This document shows positions 50,461-63,704 of a stretch of 64,000 nt of DNA, piece by piece. Within the stretch, counting starts at the first letter, position 1. The number at the start of each line of letters is the position of its first letter. The DNA comes from Felis catus. Lineage: Eukaryota. The translations under genes were made by a program, and so were the position numbers. The notes below the pieces were generated by a model. That model saw nothing but the letters and a program-made list of their open reading frames with translations, ran no database searches and was not told the origin of the DNA. The stretch covers positions 154,258,001-154,322,000 of the forward strand of contig NC_058368.1 in the NCBI RefSeq assembly GCF_018350175.1, in the 5' to 3' direction.

Positions 50461-53400
50461 TGAAAGAAAAAACTCGACCACTAAAAGGAAAGAAGAGGCC
50501 ACGTCAGAGAAGTTAGGAGATACAGAGACATGGTTTAGGGGAGAATCAGATTGTAAGTACTGCAGGGGGAAGGGAGCTGTGGTCACAGAGAAGCATGAGA
50601 AAAAGAGGAGCACATAGGGGAATACACAAGGAGATGTTTCCCCAAAGCAATTGGCTTGGAAAATGAGACGCTAAATTTCATGAGTTCTTGCAACAATGGA
50701 GCACTTAATGCCTGGGGTTTTAAAAGTCAACAGGCTTGGCTCAGATAGAGCCTGGAGGGCATTGCCCTGGTCCTGGGAGAGAGGGCAGGCAAATGACCCC
50801 AGGGGTAGACAGCATGAAAATGGTGACCAGGAGAATGCTTAGGGTACACAGTGGGCAGACTGTTGGCTCTTCTATGAGTGTGTCCCTGAGATGCAGCATT
50901 GACAGAGTTGCTTCACTGGCAACAAAGGAACTGGCTGGTGCCATTTCAATCCCCTACCCCTCAGCATGAACACAGAGCTACCAATGGAAAGCATCACAGC
51001 ACCAACACTGGTGTCAGGTCTCATTGCACAAGCAAATCAGAGTACACCTAGTTAAAACTCACTACATTGAGGCCAGGGGCCAAATACTACCTGCAGCAGG
51101 CAAGGAGAGCCTCTGTAGATGACTGGCCTGTTGTGTTTAGGGTAGCCAAAACACAACAGCAAAGTGCATGCAGCCCACACCAGAAACACTCCCTGAAGCA
51201 CCAGGCCCTGAGCACAACATGACCTATTTTTTGTAAGGCCATTACTTTCAGGAGTAGGAGATATAATAGTGGTTTTTCTAACTCAGAGAAGAATACAGGC
51301 ACTTAGAAAAAAATTGCCAAGACATAGAAATTTATTTGAAATGAAAGAACAAAATAACAAAATAAATGAAATAACAAAATAAAGCCATGGCTAAGTGAAA
51401 CAGGTATAAGTAACATTCCTGATGGAGAATGTAAAACAACAATCATAACGATACTCACTAGATGTGAGAAAAGAATAGCAAGATTGGAAAAAGGTTTGAT
51501 GCAATGAATAGGAGGCTGAAATAAACAGAGGAATGAATAAGTGACCTACGTGACAAAACAATGTAAAATAATGAAGCTGAACAAAGAGAGAAAGAAGAAT
51601 TATTCAACACAATAATAAATTTAGGGACCTCAGTGGCTCCATTACACATACTAATATTTGTATTATATAGGACTCCCAGAAAAAGCATAGAGAGAAAGGG
51701 AAAAGAAAATTTATTTCAAGAAATAATAGCAGAAAACTTCCCTAATCTTAGGAAGGAAACCAAGAAACCTATCATGTAGGCACAGAGAACTCCCACCAAA
51801 ATCCATAAGAGCAGGCCAACAGCAAGACATATTTTAATTAAATTAGTAAAATAGTGATAAAGAAAAAATCCTAATGGCAGCAATATGGTAGAAGTCCTTA
51901 GCTTACAAATGAAAACCATAAATCTAAATAGATATTTCAGTATAAAAATGTGGAAAGCCAGAAGAGAGTGGCATGATATATTGAGAATGTTGAATGGGAA
52001 AAATATGCTGCCAAGAAAACTCTATCCTGCAATGCTATATCATTCAGAATAGAAGGAAAGATAAAGTTTCCCAAACAAAAACTAAAGGAATTTGTGACAA
52101 CTAAACTAGCCCTGCAAAAAATATGAACAATGACTCTTTGAATAAAAAGGACAGGCCAAAGGTGACAAAGACAAGGAAGTTTCAGAGAAAAATATACAGA
52201 AACAATGACAAAAACAGTAATAAAATGGCAATAAATACATATCTATCAATAATTACTTTGAATGTAAACATATTAAACTCTCTAATCAAGACTTAGTGTG
52301 CCATAATGGGTAATAAAAACAAGAACCATCTATATGCTGCCTATAAGAGACTCATTTTATACCTGAAGACATCTGCAAAATGAAAGACAGGGGATAGAGG
52401 AATGTCTACTATGCAAATGGATGTCAAAAAAAGCTGGAGTAGCAATATTTAGAGAAATTGGACTTTAAAACAAATATTAAAAAAAGACAAAGAAGGGAAG
52501 TATGTAAGCATTAAGGAGACAATCCAACAAGAAAATTTAACAGTTGTAAACCTTTATGCACCCAACATGAAACACTCAAATATATAAAACAATGCACACA
52601 ACATGGAAGCATTCAAACAAATAAAACAATAACAAACATAAGGGAACTAGTTGATAGTAACACAACAATAGTAGGAGACTTTAACACCCTACTTACATCA
52701 ATGGGGTGATCATCTCAAAAGAAAATCAACAAGGAAACAGTGGTTTTGACTGATATACTGGACCAAATAGAATTAACAGATATATTCAGAACTTTCCATC
52801 TTAAAACAGCAGAATTCACATTTTCTTCAAGTGCACACAGAAAATTCTCCAGAATAGATCACATTGGGTGGGTCACAAAACAGGTCTCAACAAATACAAA
52901 AGATCGGAATCATATCATGCATCTTTCTGACCACAGCTCTCTGAAACTTGAAGTCAATCACCCCAGCACTACCACCACCAGGACAACAACAACAAAATTG
53001 GAACAGAACAACAAATACATGAAAGTTAAACAACTTGTTATTAAAGAATAAATGGGTCAACCAGGAAATCAAAGAAGAAATAAAAATATACATGGAAATA
53101 AGTGAAAAAGAAAAAGAAAACAATTGTCCAAAACCTTTGAGGTGCAGCAAAAGTGGTCCTAAAAGGGAAATCTATAGCAATACAGGCCTACCTCAAGAAG
53201 CAAGAAATCTCAAACAAACAACTTAATCTTACACCTAATGGAGCTATAAAAAGAACAACAAACAAAGACTAAAGCCAGCAGAAGGAAAAAATAATAAAAG
53301 CAAGGGCAGAAATAAATGGTAGAGACACTAAAAAGAAAAAAAACAATAGAACAGATCAATGAAGTAGGAGCTCATTCTTTGAAAAAATTAATAAAATTGA

Positions 53401-55881
53401 TAAGCCTCTAGCAAGACTTATAAAAAAGCAAAGAGAAAGGATCCAAATCAGTACAATCACAAATTAGGAGAAATAACAACCAACACCACAAAAATATAAA
53501 CATGTATAAGAGAATATTATTAAAAACTATATGCCAACAAATTGTACAACCTAGAAGAAATGGATAAATTTCTAGAGACATAAACTACCAAAACTAAAAC
53601 AGTAAGAAATAGAAAACTTGACCAGACCAATAACCAGCGAAGAAATTGAATCAGTAATCAAATAACTCCCAACCAACAAAAGTTCAGAACCAGACAGCTT
53701 CACAGGCAAATTACATCAAACAAAAGTTAATACCTATTCTTCTCAAAGTATTCTAAAAAATGTAAAAGGAAGGAAAACTTTCAATGTCGTTCTATGAGGC
53801 CAGCATTACCCCGAATCCAAAATCAGACAACGACACCCTCACAAAAGAAACTGTAGGCCACTATCCTTGATGAACATTGATGTAAACATTCTCAAAAAAC
53901 TCCTAGCAAAGCAAAATCAAAATTACATTAAAAAATAATTCACCATGATCAAGTGGGACCTAATCCTGGGTTACAAGTGTGGTTCACTATTCACAAATAA
54001 AACAATGTGATACAACACATTAATAAAAGAAAGGATAAGAGTCATATGATCATTTCAGTAGATGTAAAAAAAGCATTTGATAAATTACAGCATCCATTCA
54101 TGATAAGAACTTTCAACGAAGTAGGCTTAGAGTGAACATACCTCGACATAATAAAGGCCATATATGAAAAACCCACAGCTAGTATTGTCCTGAATGGGGA
54201 AAAGCTGCTTCTCCTCTAGTCAGGACAAGACAGAGGCACCCACTCTCATCACCATTATTTAACATAGTACTGGAAGTCCTAGCCTCAGCAATCATATAAC
54301 AAAAGGAATAAAAGACATCCAAATCAACAAGTAGAAGTCAAACTTTCACTAATTATAGGTGACACGTTACTCTATATAGATAATCTGAAGACTCCACCAG
54401 AAAACTGCTAGAACTGATAAGCAAATTCAGTAAAGTTGCAGGATGCGAAATCAATGTAGAGAAATCTATTGCATTTCTATACACCAACAATGAAGCAGCA
54501 GAAAGAGAGATCAAGGAACCAACCCCATTTACAATTGTACCAGAAAGCACAGTAAACCTAACCAAGGAGGTGCAAGACCTCTTCTGTGAAAACTGTAAAA
54601 TACTGATGAAAGAAATTAAAGAGGTACAAAGAAATGGAAAGACATTCCATGCTCATGAATTGGAAGAACAAATATTTTCAAAATGTTTCTACTACCCAAA
54701 GAAATCTACACATTTAATATAATCTATCAAAATACCAACATTTTTTCACAGAACTAGACAAAAAATTCTAAAAAATTGTATGGAGACACAAAAGACCCTG
54801 AATAGGTAAGCAATCTTGAATAAGAAAAATAAAGCATCATAATTCTGGAATTTAAGTTGTACTACAAAGTTGTAGTGACCAAAACAGTATGCTACTGTCA
54901 CGAAAATAGACACATAGATCAACAGAACAGAATTGAAAACCCAGAAATGAACCCACATATATAGTCAATTAATCTTCAACAAAGCAGGAAAGAATATCTA
55001 GTGGGAAAAAGTGTCTTTATGAAATGGTGCTAGGAAAATGGGACAGCAACATGCAAAAGAATGAAACTGGGCCACTTTCCTAAACCATACACAAAAGTAA
55101 ATGAAAAATGCATAGAGGACCTAAATGTGAGACTGGAAACCATCAAAATCCTAGAGGAGAACACAGGCAGTAACATCTTTGACATAAGCCATAGGAACTT
55201 TTTTCTAGATATGTCTCCTGCAGCAAGAGAAACAAAAGCAAAAATGAACTAATGGGATTTCCTCAGAACAAACAAACAAACAAACAAAAACTTATGCACA
55301 GTGAAGGAAACAATCAGAACTACTAAAAGACAACCTATGGAATGGGAGAAGATATTTGCAAATGACATATCTGATAAACGGTGAGTATCCAAAATACATA
55401 AATAACTTATAAAAAGCAACACCCAAAAATGAATAATCCATTTAAAAAATGGGCAGAAGAGTAGACATTTTTCTAAAGAAGACATACAGATAGCCAACAT
55501 CAACGTTAAAAGATGCTCAACATCACCGATGATCAGAAAAATACATATCAAAACTATAGTGAGATACTACTTCACACCTGTAAGAAATGGTAAAATCAGC
55601 AATACAAGAAAGGAGTGGAGAAATGGAAGCCCTCTTGCACTGTTGGTGGGAATGCAAACTGATGCAGCCACTCTGGAAAACAGTATGGAGTTTCCTTAAG
55701 AAGTTAAAAATAGAAGTACCCTACAATCTAACAATTGCACTACTAGGTATTTGCTTAAAGGAAATACGAATTCAAAGGAATACATGCATCCCAATGTTAA
55801 TAGCTTGGTCACCAATAGCCAAATTATGGAGAGAGCCCAAATATCCATTGACAGATGAATGGGTAAAGAAAAGGTGGTATG

Positions 55882-55971
<90 letters not shown>

Positions 55972-56290
55972 GGAATATTGTTCAGCCATTAAAAATAAAA
56001 TCTTGTCATTTGCATCAATGCGGATGAAGTTAGAGAGTGTTATGCTGAGTGAAATAAGTCAGAGAAAAACAAATACCATGATTTCACCCATAAATGGAAT
56101 TAAAAACAAAACAAAGATCAAAATGACCAAAAAAGAGAGAGAGGCAAACCCAGAAACAGTTTTTTAACTATAGAGAACAAACTGATGGTTAACAGAGTTT
56201 TGTGGAAGTGTTAACTTACTATATCATACACTTGAAATTAATATAACATTGTATGTAAACTAACTGGATTTAAAATAAAAATTAAAGTAA
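50461..56290 (+). mobile_element. Near-full-length decayed carnivore LINE-1 (5'UTR, ORF1 about 51310-52150, ORF2 from about 52225, 3'UTR)
   Basis: ORF2 start atggcaataaatacatatctatcaataattactttgaatgta; ORFs 52740.., 53035.., 55061.. and 55587.. are ORF2 pieces; many stops and frameshifts; A-rich tail near 56270-56290. Confidence 0.93.
55879..55969. repeat. Compound (TA)n(CA)n microsatellite in L1
   Basis: Direct reading. Confidence 0.97.
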
Positions 56291-56294
56291 AACC

Positions 56295-59200
56295 ACAAAA
56301 GAACAAAAAAAATTACAGAAGTAGGAACAAAGAAAAAAGTAAAAAATAGGAAGATGTAATAATTATAGTAGATATAAATTCAAAATTCAAATTTATCAAT
56401 AGTTACTTTGAATGTCAAATATTATAAATACCAATTAAATTCATATTTTCACAGGATCAAAAACAAGACCTGACTTTATGTTGTTTACAAGAAACCCACT
56501 TTAAATATTAATCATAAATAGATCAAAAGCAAATGGATGAAGAAAAATAACCATATTAAAATTAATGGCAAGTAAGCAGGATTCCTTTATTAATTTCAGA
56601 TAGGACAGTTTTCAAAGCAAGGAAAATTATCAGAATAAAAAAGATTATTACAAAATGATAAGGAAGTCAATTCTTTAAGAAGACATAACTATCTTTACTA
56701 TGTATGTCCCTAATAGTAGAGTGTCAAAATACATGAGGCAAAAGGTAATGTAATTCCAAGGAGAAATAGATGAATCTACTTAACAACATAGTGAATCAAT
56801 TGGATATAATTGTCTTCTGACTGTTTCATCCCACACCAGCAGACTACACAACCTTCTTAAAAGTATATGCAACATTTACCGAGAGAAACATTCTGGAGCA
56901 TAAAATTCACCTTAAGAAAGTAAAAGAATAAAAAAAAAATCATACAATGACTGCTCTCAGACAACAAGGTTATTAATCTATATAAAAATAACATACAGAT
57001 AACTGAAATATGCTGAAATCCACATTTCTAATTAATACATGTGGCAAAGGAAAAATCTCAAGAGAAAGTTTGAAATATTTTGAACTAAGTAAAAATGAAA
57101 ACACAACCTATTAAAATTTGTGGGATGTATTGAAAGCAGTGTTAAGAGGGAAACTTAGACCATTGGTACATTTAGTAGAAAAGAAGAAAGATCAGAAATT
57201 AATAATCTAGGTTTTCACCTAAGGAAACTATAAAAAGAAGAACACCTTAAATCTAAACAGAAGAAACAATTACAGCAGAATAAAATGAAATAAAAAATAG
57301 ATAATTGATAGATAAATCAATGAAACCAAGAGCTGGTTCTTAGAAAAGATTAATATGATAACTAAGCCAGTAGCCAGGTTAACTAAGAAAAAAAGAGCAG
57401 ACACAAAATGAAGAGCAGACATCACTAAAGATAGGGACATTAAAAAATTCATAAAGGAATGCTCTTAATAGCTCTGTACTCAGAGTTGTAAACTTTGATA
57501 ACCCATATGAAATGGACCAATTTCTTGAGAGACACAAGCTGCCAAAGTCACACAAGAAGAAATACACAGTCTGAATAGGGCTATATCCATTAAAGAGATT
57601 GAATCAGTAAATTAATAACTTTCTTTTTTTTTATTTTTTAAAAAAATTTTTTTTTTCAACGTTTATTTATTTTTGGGACAGAGAGAGACAGAGCATGAAC
57701 GGCCGAGGGGCAGAGAGAGAGGGAGACACAGAATCGGAAACAGGCTCCAGGCTCCTCCGAGCCATCAGCCCAGAGCCCGACGCGGGGCTCGAACTCACGG
57801 ACTGCGAGATCGTGACCTGGCTGAAGTCGGACACTTAACCAACTGTGCCACCCAGGCGCCCCGATAACTTTCTAAAACAGAAAGCACCAGGCCCAAGTGG
57901 GTTCATTGGTTAATTTTACCAAATTGTACCATTGAATAAATAAATTATATATGATTTTTTCACAATCTCTTTCAGAGGGTAGAAGCAGTGGGAATACTTC
58001 CCAACTCATTGTACAAGGCCAGCATTTCCCAAATACAAAAACCAGACAGAAAAATAACCAGAAAACTACACACCAATGTCTCTCATGAATGTAGATGCAA
58101 ATATTCTCAACAAAATATTGGAAACTTGAATCCAACAGTGTATAAAAAGAATTACACAATACATACAAGTGGGGTTATCTCAGGTGGGCAAAGTTGTTTC
58201 AATATTCAAAAATCAATAAATGTAATCATCGCATAATTAAACACAAAACGAATAAACGCAGAAAAAGCAGTTGATAAAATCTAACACCTATTGATGACAA
58301 AAGCTGCCTGTAAACTAGGAATAGAGAACTTCCTCAAATAGGAAAAGAACATGAACAAAAAAGCTACAGATAACATCAAACTTAACCATGAAAACCTGGC
58401 ATCTTATATTAGAAGTTTTAGCTAATGCAGTAAGACAAGCAGAAGAAATAAAAAGTACATGGATTATTAAGAAAAAATAAAACTCTTTGTTCACAGATGA
58501 CATGCTCATCAATGTAGAAAATCGAAAAGAAGTGACAAGAAAATTTTCATAGAACTAATATGCAATCATAACAAGGTTGCAAGATAATGGTTGATGTACA
58601 AAAGTTAATTGATTTCCCATATCCTAACAACCAACAGATAGGTTTAAAATTAAAAACACAATACCATTCACTTTAACAAAATTGAAAGAAATGTAAATCT
58701 AACAAAATATGTATTTTGATGATAGATTTGAATGAGGAAAGCTACCAAACTCTGATGAAGTCAAAGAACTAAATAATGGAAAAATATTCCATGTTCATGG
58801 ATAGGAAGACACACTATTGTTAAGACATCCTGACTTGATCTATAGACTCAATGCAATCCCAATCAAAATCACAGAAAGTTATTTTGTATATATTACAATG
58901 ATTTTAGAATTTGCATAAAAACACAAAGACCCAGAATAAGTAACATAATATTAAAGAAGAACAAAATTTGAGGACCAACACTACCTGACTTCAAGACTTA
59001 CTATAAAGCACAATAATTCAGAGAGTGTGGTATTGGTGAAAAAATAAATAAGCCAAAAAATGGAACAGACTAGAAAGCTGAGAAATAGAAATGTAGCCTT
59101 TGTTACAAAGAAGCAAAGGTAATACAATGGAGCAGGGATAGTCTTTTTGGCAAATGATACCAAGAACAGCTAGACATCTACATGCAAAAACAAATAAATA

Positions 59201-60420
59201 AATCTAGACACAGACCATACACACATCAAAAAAATTAATTCAAAATAGATCATGGACTTAAATTTAAAACACAAAAATGTTGAGAGTATATGGAAATAAG
59301 TCACAGACATTTGCAAAATATTTGCAAAAGAATTTTTTCTCCTTTCTGATAAAAGACTGTTATTAAATATTTATGAAGAACACTTAAAACTCAACAGTAA
59401 GAAAACAGCTCAAAAAACAAAACAAAACAAAACAAAAACTGGCCAAACATGTTAACAAGTATCTCACCACAGAAGAGCTATGAATGGCAAATAAGCATGA
59501 GGAGATTCTCCATGTCATATGTTATCAGGTATTGAAAATTAAAACAACAAGATACCTACTGCCAGTTATTAGAATGACCAAAATCTCAAACACTAAAACC
59601 ACCAATTGCTGGTGAGCATATGGGAGCAACAGCACTCTCAATCATGGCTGATAAGAATGCAAAATGGTATTCCCACTTTGGAAGACAGTTTGGCAGTTTC
59701 TTGAAAGACTAAACTAATTTTTACCATATGATCCAACCATCCCACTTTGTGCTGTTTACCCAAAGAAGTGAAAAACTTGCGTTCAATCAGAAGTCTGCAT
59801 ATGGATGTTTCCAGCTGTTTTATTCATAATTGCCACAGTTGGAAGCAACTACAATGTCCACAGTGGTTAAATGGATAGATAACTGTGGTACATCCAGACA
59901 TTGGAATACTATTTAGAGCTAGAAAGTAATGAACTATCAAGACATGAAAAGACACAGAAGAAACTTAAGTTTGTAATATTAAGTGAAAGAAGCCAATTTG
60001 AAGAGGTGATATATGGTATAATTCCAGTTACATGACTTTCTTGAAAAACCAAAACTCTGGGGACAGGAAAAAGACTGGTTGTCAGGGGTAGAGGGTGGAG
60101 ATGAGATGAGTAGGTAGAGCAAAGGATTTTTAGGACAGTGAAAATATTCTGAATGGTACTATAATGATGGATACATTCGTCCAAACTCATAAAATACACA
60201 CCAAGAATTAACCCTAACATAACTTATGGACATTTTACAATTATGATATGCCAATGTATGTTCCTCATTTGGAACAAATGTACTACTCTGGTAGGCAATG
60301 TTGTTGATGGAGGAAGGTATTGCACATATATGGGAAGGGTGTATGTGGGAGATGTCTGTATCTTCCTCTTAATTTTGTGGTGAACCCAAAACTGCTCTAA
60401 AAAAATAAGTGTTTAAGAAA
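56295..60420 (+). mobile_element. Old LINE-1 (L1MC1-like): inter-ORF spacer, ORF2 and 3'UTR
   Basis: Endonuclease start tatcaatagttactttgaatg, RT motif ctctttgttcacagatgacatg (LFTDDM) near 58485, 3' end gaacccaaaactgctctaaaaaaataag. Confidence 0.88.
57625..57863 (-). mobile_element. Young CpG-rich SINEC_Fc
   Basis: TSD ataactttct at 57615-57624 and 57864-57873. Confidence 0.97.
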
Positions 60421-60800
60421 AACAATAAGTGACAGATTCGATATGTGATATGAAGTTTCTAGCTTAAAGCTATGCATAGATATACTCAGTAACTGAGATG
60501 TGGAATATGGTGAAAGTCCCGAGGGAAATTAAAAATGCAAGCCTAGATCTCAGGACTATGACTTAGGTAATATGAATTTTGAGTCAGAGTTACCAACATG
60601 AAGACTATCAGAAAGAATAATCAAGATAATCTACAGAGAAACTATAATGTTAAAAAAAAAGGTGGATGTAAGAACATCATCTATGATCAAATGTAGGGAG
60701 ATGGAGTGCAGAGAGACAAGAACTAATGAAAGAAACTAAAAATAGAGAAATAAAAGTAAGTGAACTAGCAGAAATCTAGCAGTATCATGGAGAAAGCTAA

Positions 60801-61228
60801 TGTGGCAGATATCGTTTTTGTTAGCATCCTCTGGCAATGTCTTAGGAATTTCTTTAACCTTTATTCAACCCTTAAGTCTGCGTGATCACATGACCCAAAA
60901 TTGACCAATTGGGATAAGAGTGACTGGTTCAAAAAGAGGACCTAGACTTTGTCAGAAGCTTTGTGAAAGAAGAACACTTTTTTTTTTCACATTGGTTACA
61001 TTTTACCTGGCAGTTTCAGGAGCCACTTTTCATCATTTGAGGATATCCTGGTTAAGAATAAACCGTATCAAAAATATCATAACTGAGTTTGTAAGACATG
61101 AATTCCCATGGTCATTGTTTAAGTAACTGAAGGTGGATTAACCCTGCATTTTTCAATTGTCTTTTTCTTTTGCTAATTCACGTTGGTTTCTTAAACTTTT
61201 ATGAGGTAAAGTAGCCTGACTAGCACAG
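60801..61228 (+). mobile_element. MLT1J/K-like MaLR solo LTR
   Basis: Starts tgtggcaga, contains gatcacatgaccc..tgaccaat, ends gcctgactagcaca. Confidence 0.65.
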
Positions 61229-61831
61229 TGAAACTTGAATGGGACAGTTTAAGAAGGGTTTGATTATCTGTGTTTGTGTTTTTTTTCCCCTTCTTTATTA
61301 TTTTTTTCTAGTGCTATCTAGCTGTATAGGGATTATGTGTGTTTTTTCTGACCTTGTGGGGGTTGAAGGAAATAGTATTTTTGATGCCCTCTGTGTCCTT
61401 TGGGTCAACACATTTATCCTGTAGAATAATTAATTGGTCTGGGTTTCTCTCTAGACTGGTAACATGTGAGATCTAAATTTACTATCCCTTATTATCAATA
61501 GACACCATGGGTATCTGATGCTAATGGGACTGTACTCCTAGCCTAACTTTTGATCTGCTGTTTGTTAGTTTGGCTAGGACACTGATGTGCTGCAGGCTGA
61601 TTTGTTTCAGTTAGAATTTCATTGGATATGAAATTCCCTTGAGCATCTGCCATGTTCTTTCATCTGGCTCATGCTTCCCCATTCTGTATCACAGCTTCTG
61701 CTATAGTTTCATCTCATGCTTTGCTATAGTAGCTCCCATGGCATGCTCAACTCAGTTTCCTTATATGATTGCACTCTATGATACACAGAAACATTTTGTC
61801 TCATACATACCATGTAGGACTTAAGAGGTGC

Positions 61832-62557
61832 TGTAAAGGAAAAAACACTCTTCTGTGTGCTTCCTCTACTCTCAATACTCCAATTCTGATCAGCAAATGT
61901 CACCACATTCAAAAAATTACCTGTGCTTCTGACTGGCTGTGTATTGGAGGTTCCTCATCCTCAAACTTAGGTTCCATTAATTTGCTACAACAGTTTACAA
62001 AACTCCAGAAAACATTTTACTTACTACATTATTGGTTGATTACAAAAGCATATAGCTCAGAACAGCCAGATAGAAGATAAGCATAGGGCAAGGCATGGGA
62101 GAAAGGAGCAAGAAGTTTCCATGCCTACTCCAGGTTGTGTCACTCTTCCTGCATGTCCACTTGTTCACTAACTCAGAAGCTCTCCTAACCTTGTCCTTTT
62201 GGGTCATTAAGGAGACTTCATTATATAGCCATGACTGATTAAATTATTGGCAGTTGGTGATTGAATCAACCTCCTCTTGTCTCCCTTGATGTAGGAGGTG
62301 GGGGAGTTGGGGTTGAAATTTCCAACCTTCTAATCAAATGTTTTATTCCCCCTGGCAACCAGCTCCCATTCTTAAGAGCTTTCTAAAAGTCACCTCATTA
62401 ACATAAACTTTAGTGTTGTTAAAAGGGGCTTCTTTAATAACCACAGACATCTTTATTGCTCCTATCACTTAGGAAATTCCAAGGGTTTTAGGAATTTTGT
62501 GAAGGCAGAGGGACAAGGACCAAAAACATATTTTTCATTATAAATCACAATATCAAA
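61832..62557. mobile_element. MER21-like LTR
   Basis: cctgtgcttctgactggct..ttaatttgcta..cacctcattaacataaac..ttaggaaattccaagggttttagga..ttataaatcacaatatca. Confidence 0.75.
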
Positions 62558-62903
62558 TGTGATCAGAAAAGTAACAGTCTTGGCTCCCTTCTAGTTTAAT
62601 GAGCTTTTCGTTAAGACTCCTTTTGGCATGGCCACTCCCAACATTCTATTCTGGAGCACCTTTCAAGGGAATGTCCCTCCAAAAGTGAGACAAATCTTCT
62701 CCTTTACATTTCATGATCTTACCTGCCTCTCCACTCTGGGACCCATCATGGACATAGGAGATCAAAACAGATGTTTCAACCTTTTTTTCTCACTGGGGTC
62801 TTTTGTCTTATTCCTTCAATCATAGTGATATTGTGGAGACTACATTCTTCTCTTTTTTAGTAGTCTTTCTATCAAGAAATGTTTTAATTTGCTTCAAGTA
62901 AAT

Positions 62904-63704
62904 ATAGGAGAGGGAAACATTTTTCTTGACTCTTTGAGGGTTCCTGGCTGGGTCTGAAAATTATGCTGACAAAGACAGATTAACAGGAGAAAAGCATACA
63001 AATTTTATTGAATTTTTGCATCTACATTGGAGCCTTCACAAGAGAATAAAGACCCAGAGGACTCAGCAGAGTGAGAAGCTTTTATTTAAAAATCTCTCAT
63101 TTATAAACTATTTATTTATTTATAAATGTTTATTTTATTTATTTTGAGAGAAAGAGAGCATGGGCATATACACAAGTAAGTGGGGGAGGGTCAGAGAAAG
63201 AGGGAGAGAGAGAATCCCAAGCCATTTCTGCACTGTCAACATAGAGCCCAATGTGGGGCTTGAACCCACAAGCCATGAGATCATGTCCTGAGCCAAAATC
63301 AAGAGTCAGACACTTAACTGAACAAGCCACCCAGGGACCCTGAAACTTTTAAGCCTTTTAAATAAATAATAATTTGTGAAAAATTGACAAGACAAAGGAG
63401 TTTGGGTTAGGGGCAGTAAATGGTGAAGAAGTAACTAGGAAAAGAAGGGTTAATTTAACAAGATTTGTCTGTACAGATTTTTGGCCCCCAAATTCCCTTT
63501 CTTAGGTGATAAGAATGTTTTATTTCCTCCTGGTACAAGGAATGTACCTTTTACTTGGGAGATTGATAATCTTGCTTTCATGGAAGAAGGGTGAATTGGG
63601 AAGTCAGAGTGACACTCCTGATTCTGCCATTTTTTCAGACTCCTTCAGTTTAAGATTTTCAGCATGACAAGATGCCATATTTGGGGTATGTTCTAAATCC
63701 CATC
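62904..63704 (-). mobile_element. MER34-like ERV1 LTR interrupted by a SINE
   Basis: acagattaacaggagaaaagcatacaaattt..ggagccttc..aagaccca and terminal tgccatattttggggt..ccc. Confidence 0.7.
63110..63340 (-). mobile_element. Older CAN-SINE nested in the LTR
   Basis: Full body ending aagccacccagggaccc. Confidence 0.94.

Noticed and set aside
50461..56290. Potentially active full-length L1
   Set aside because: Numerous stops and frameshifts, degenerate RT FADD motif near 54350 and an incomplete 5' end
19900..60420. L1MC1-like pieces at 19.9-23.5 kb (-) and 56.3-60.4 kb (+) as halves of one inverted element
   Set aside because: Both contain a 3'UTR and overlapping ORF2 regions, so they are separate copies
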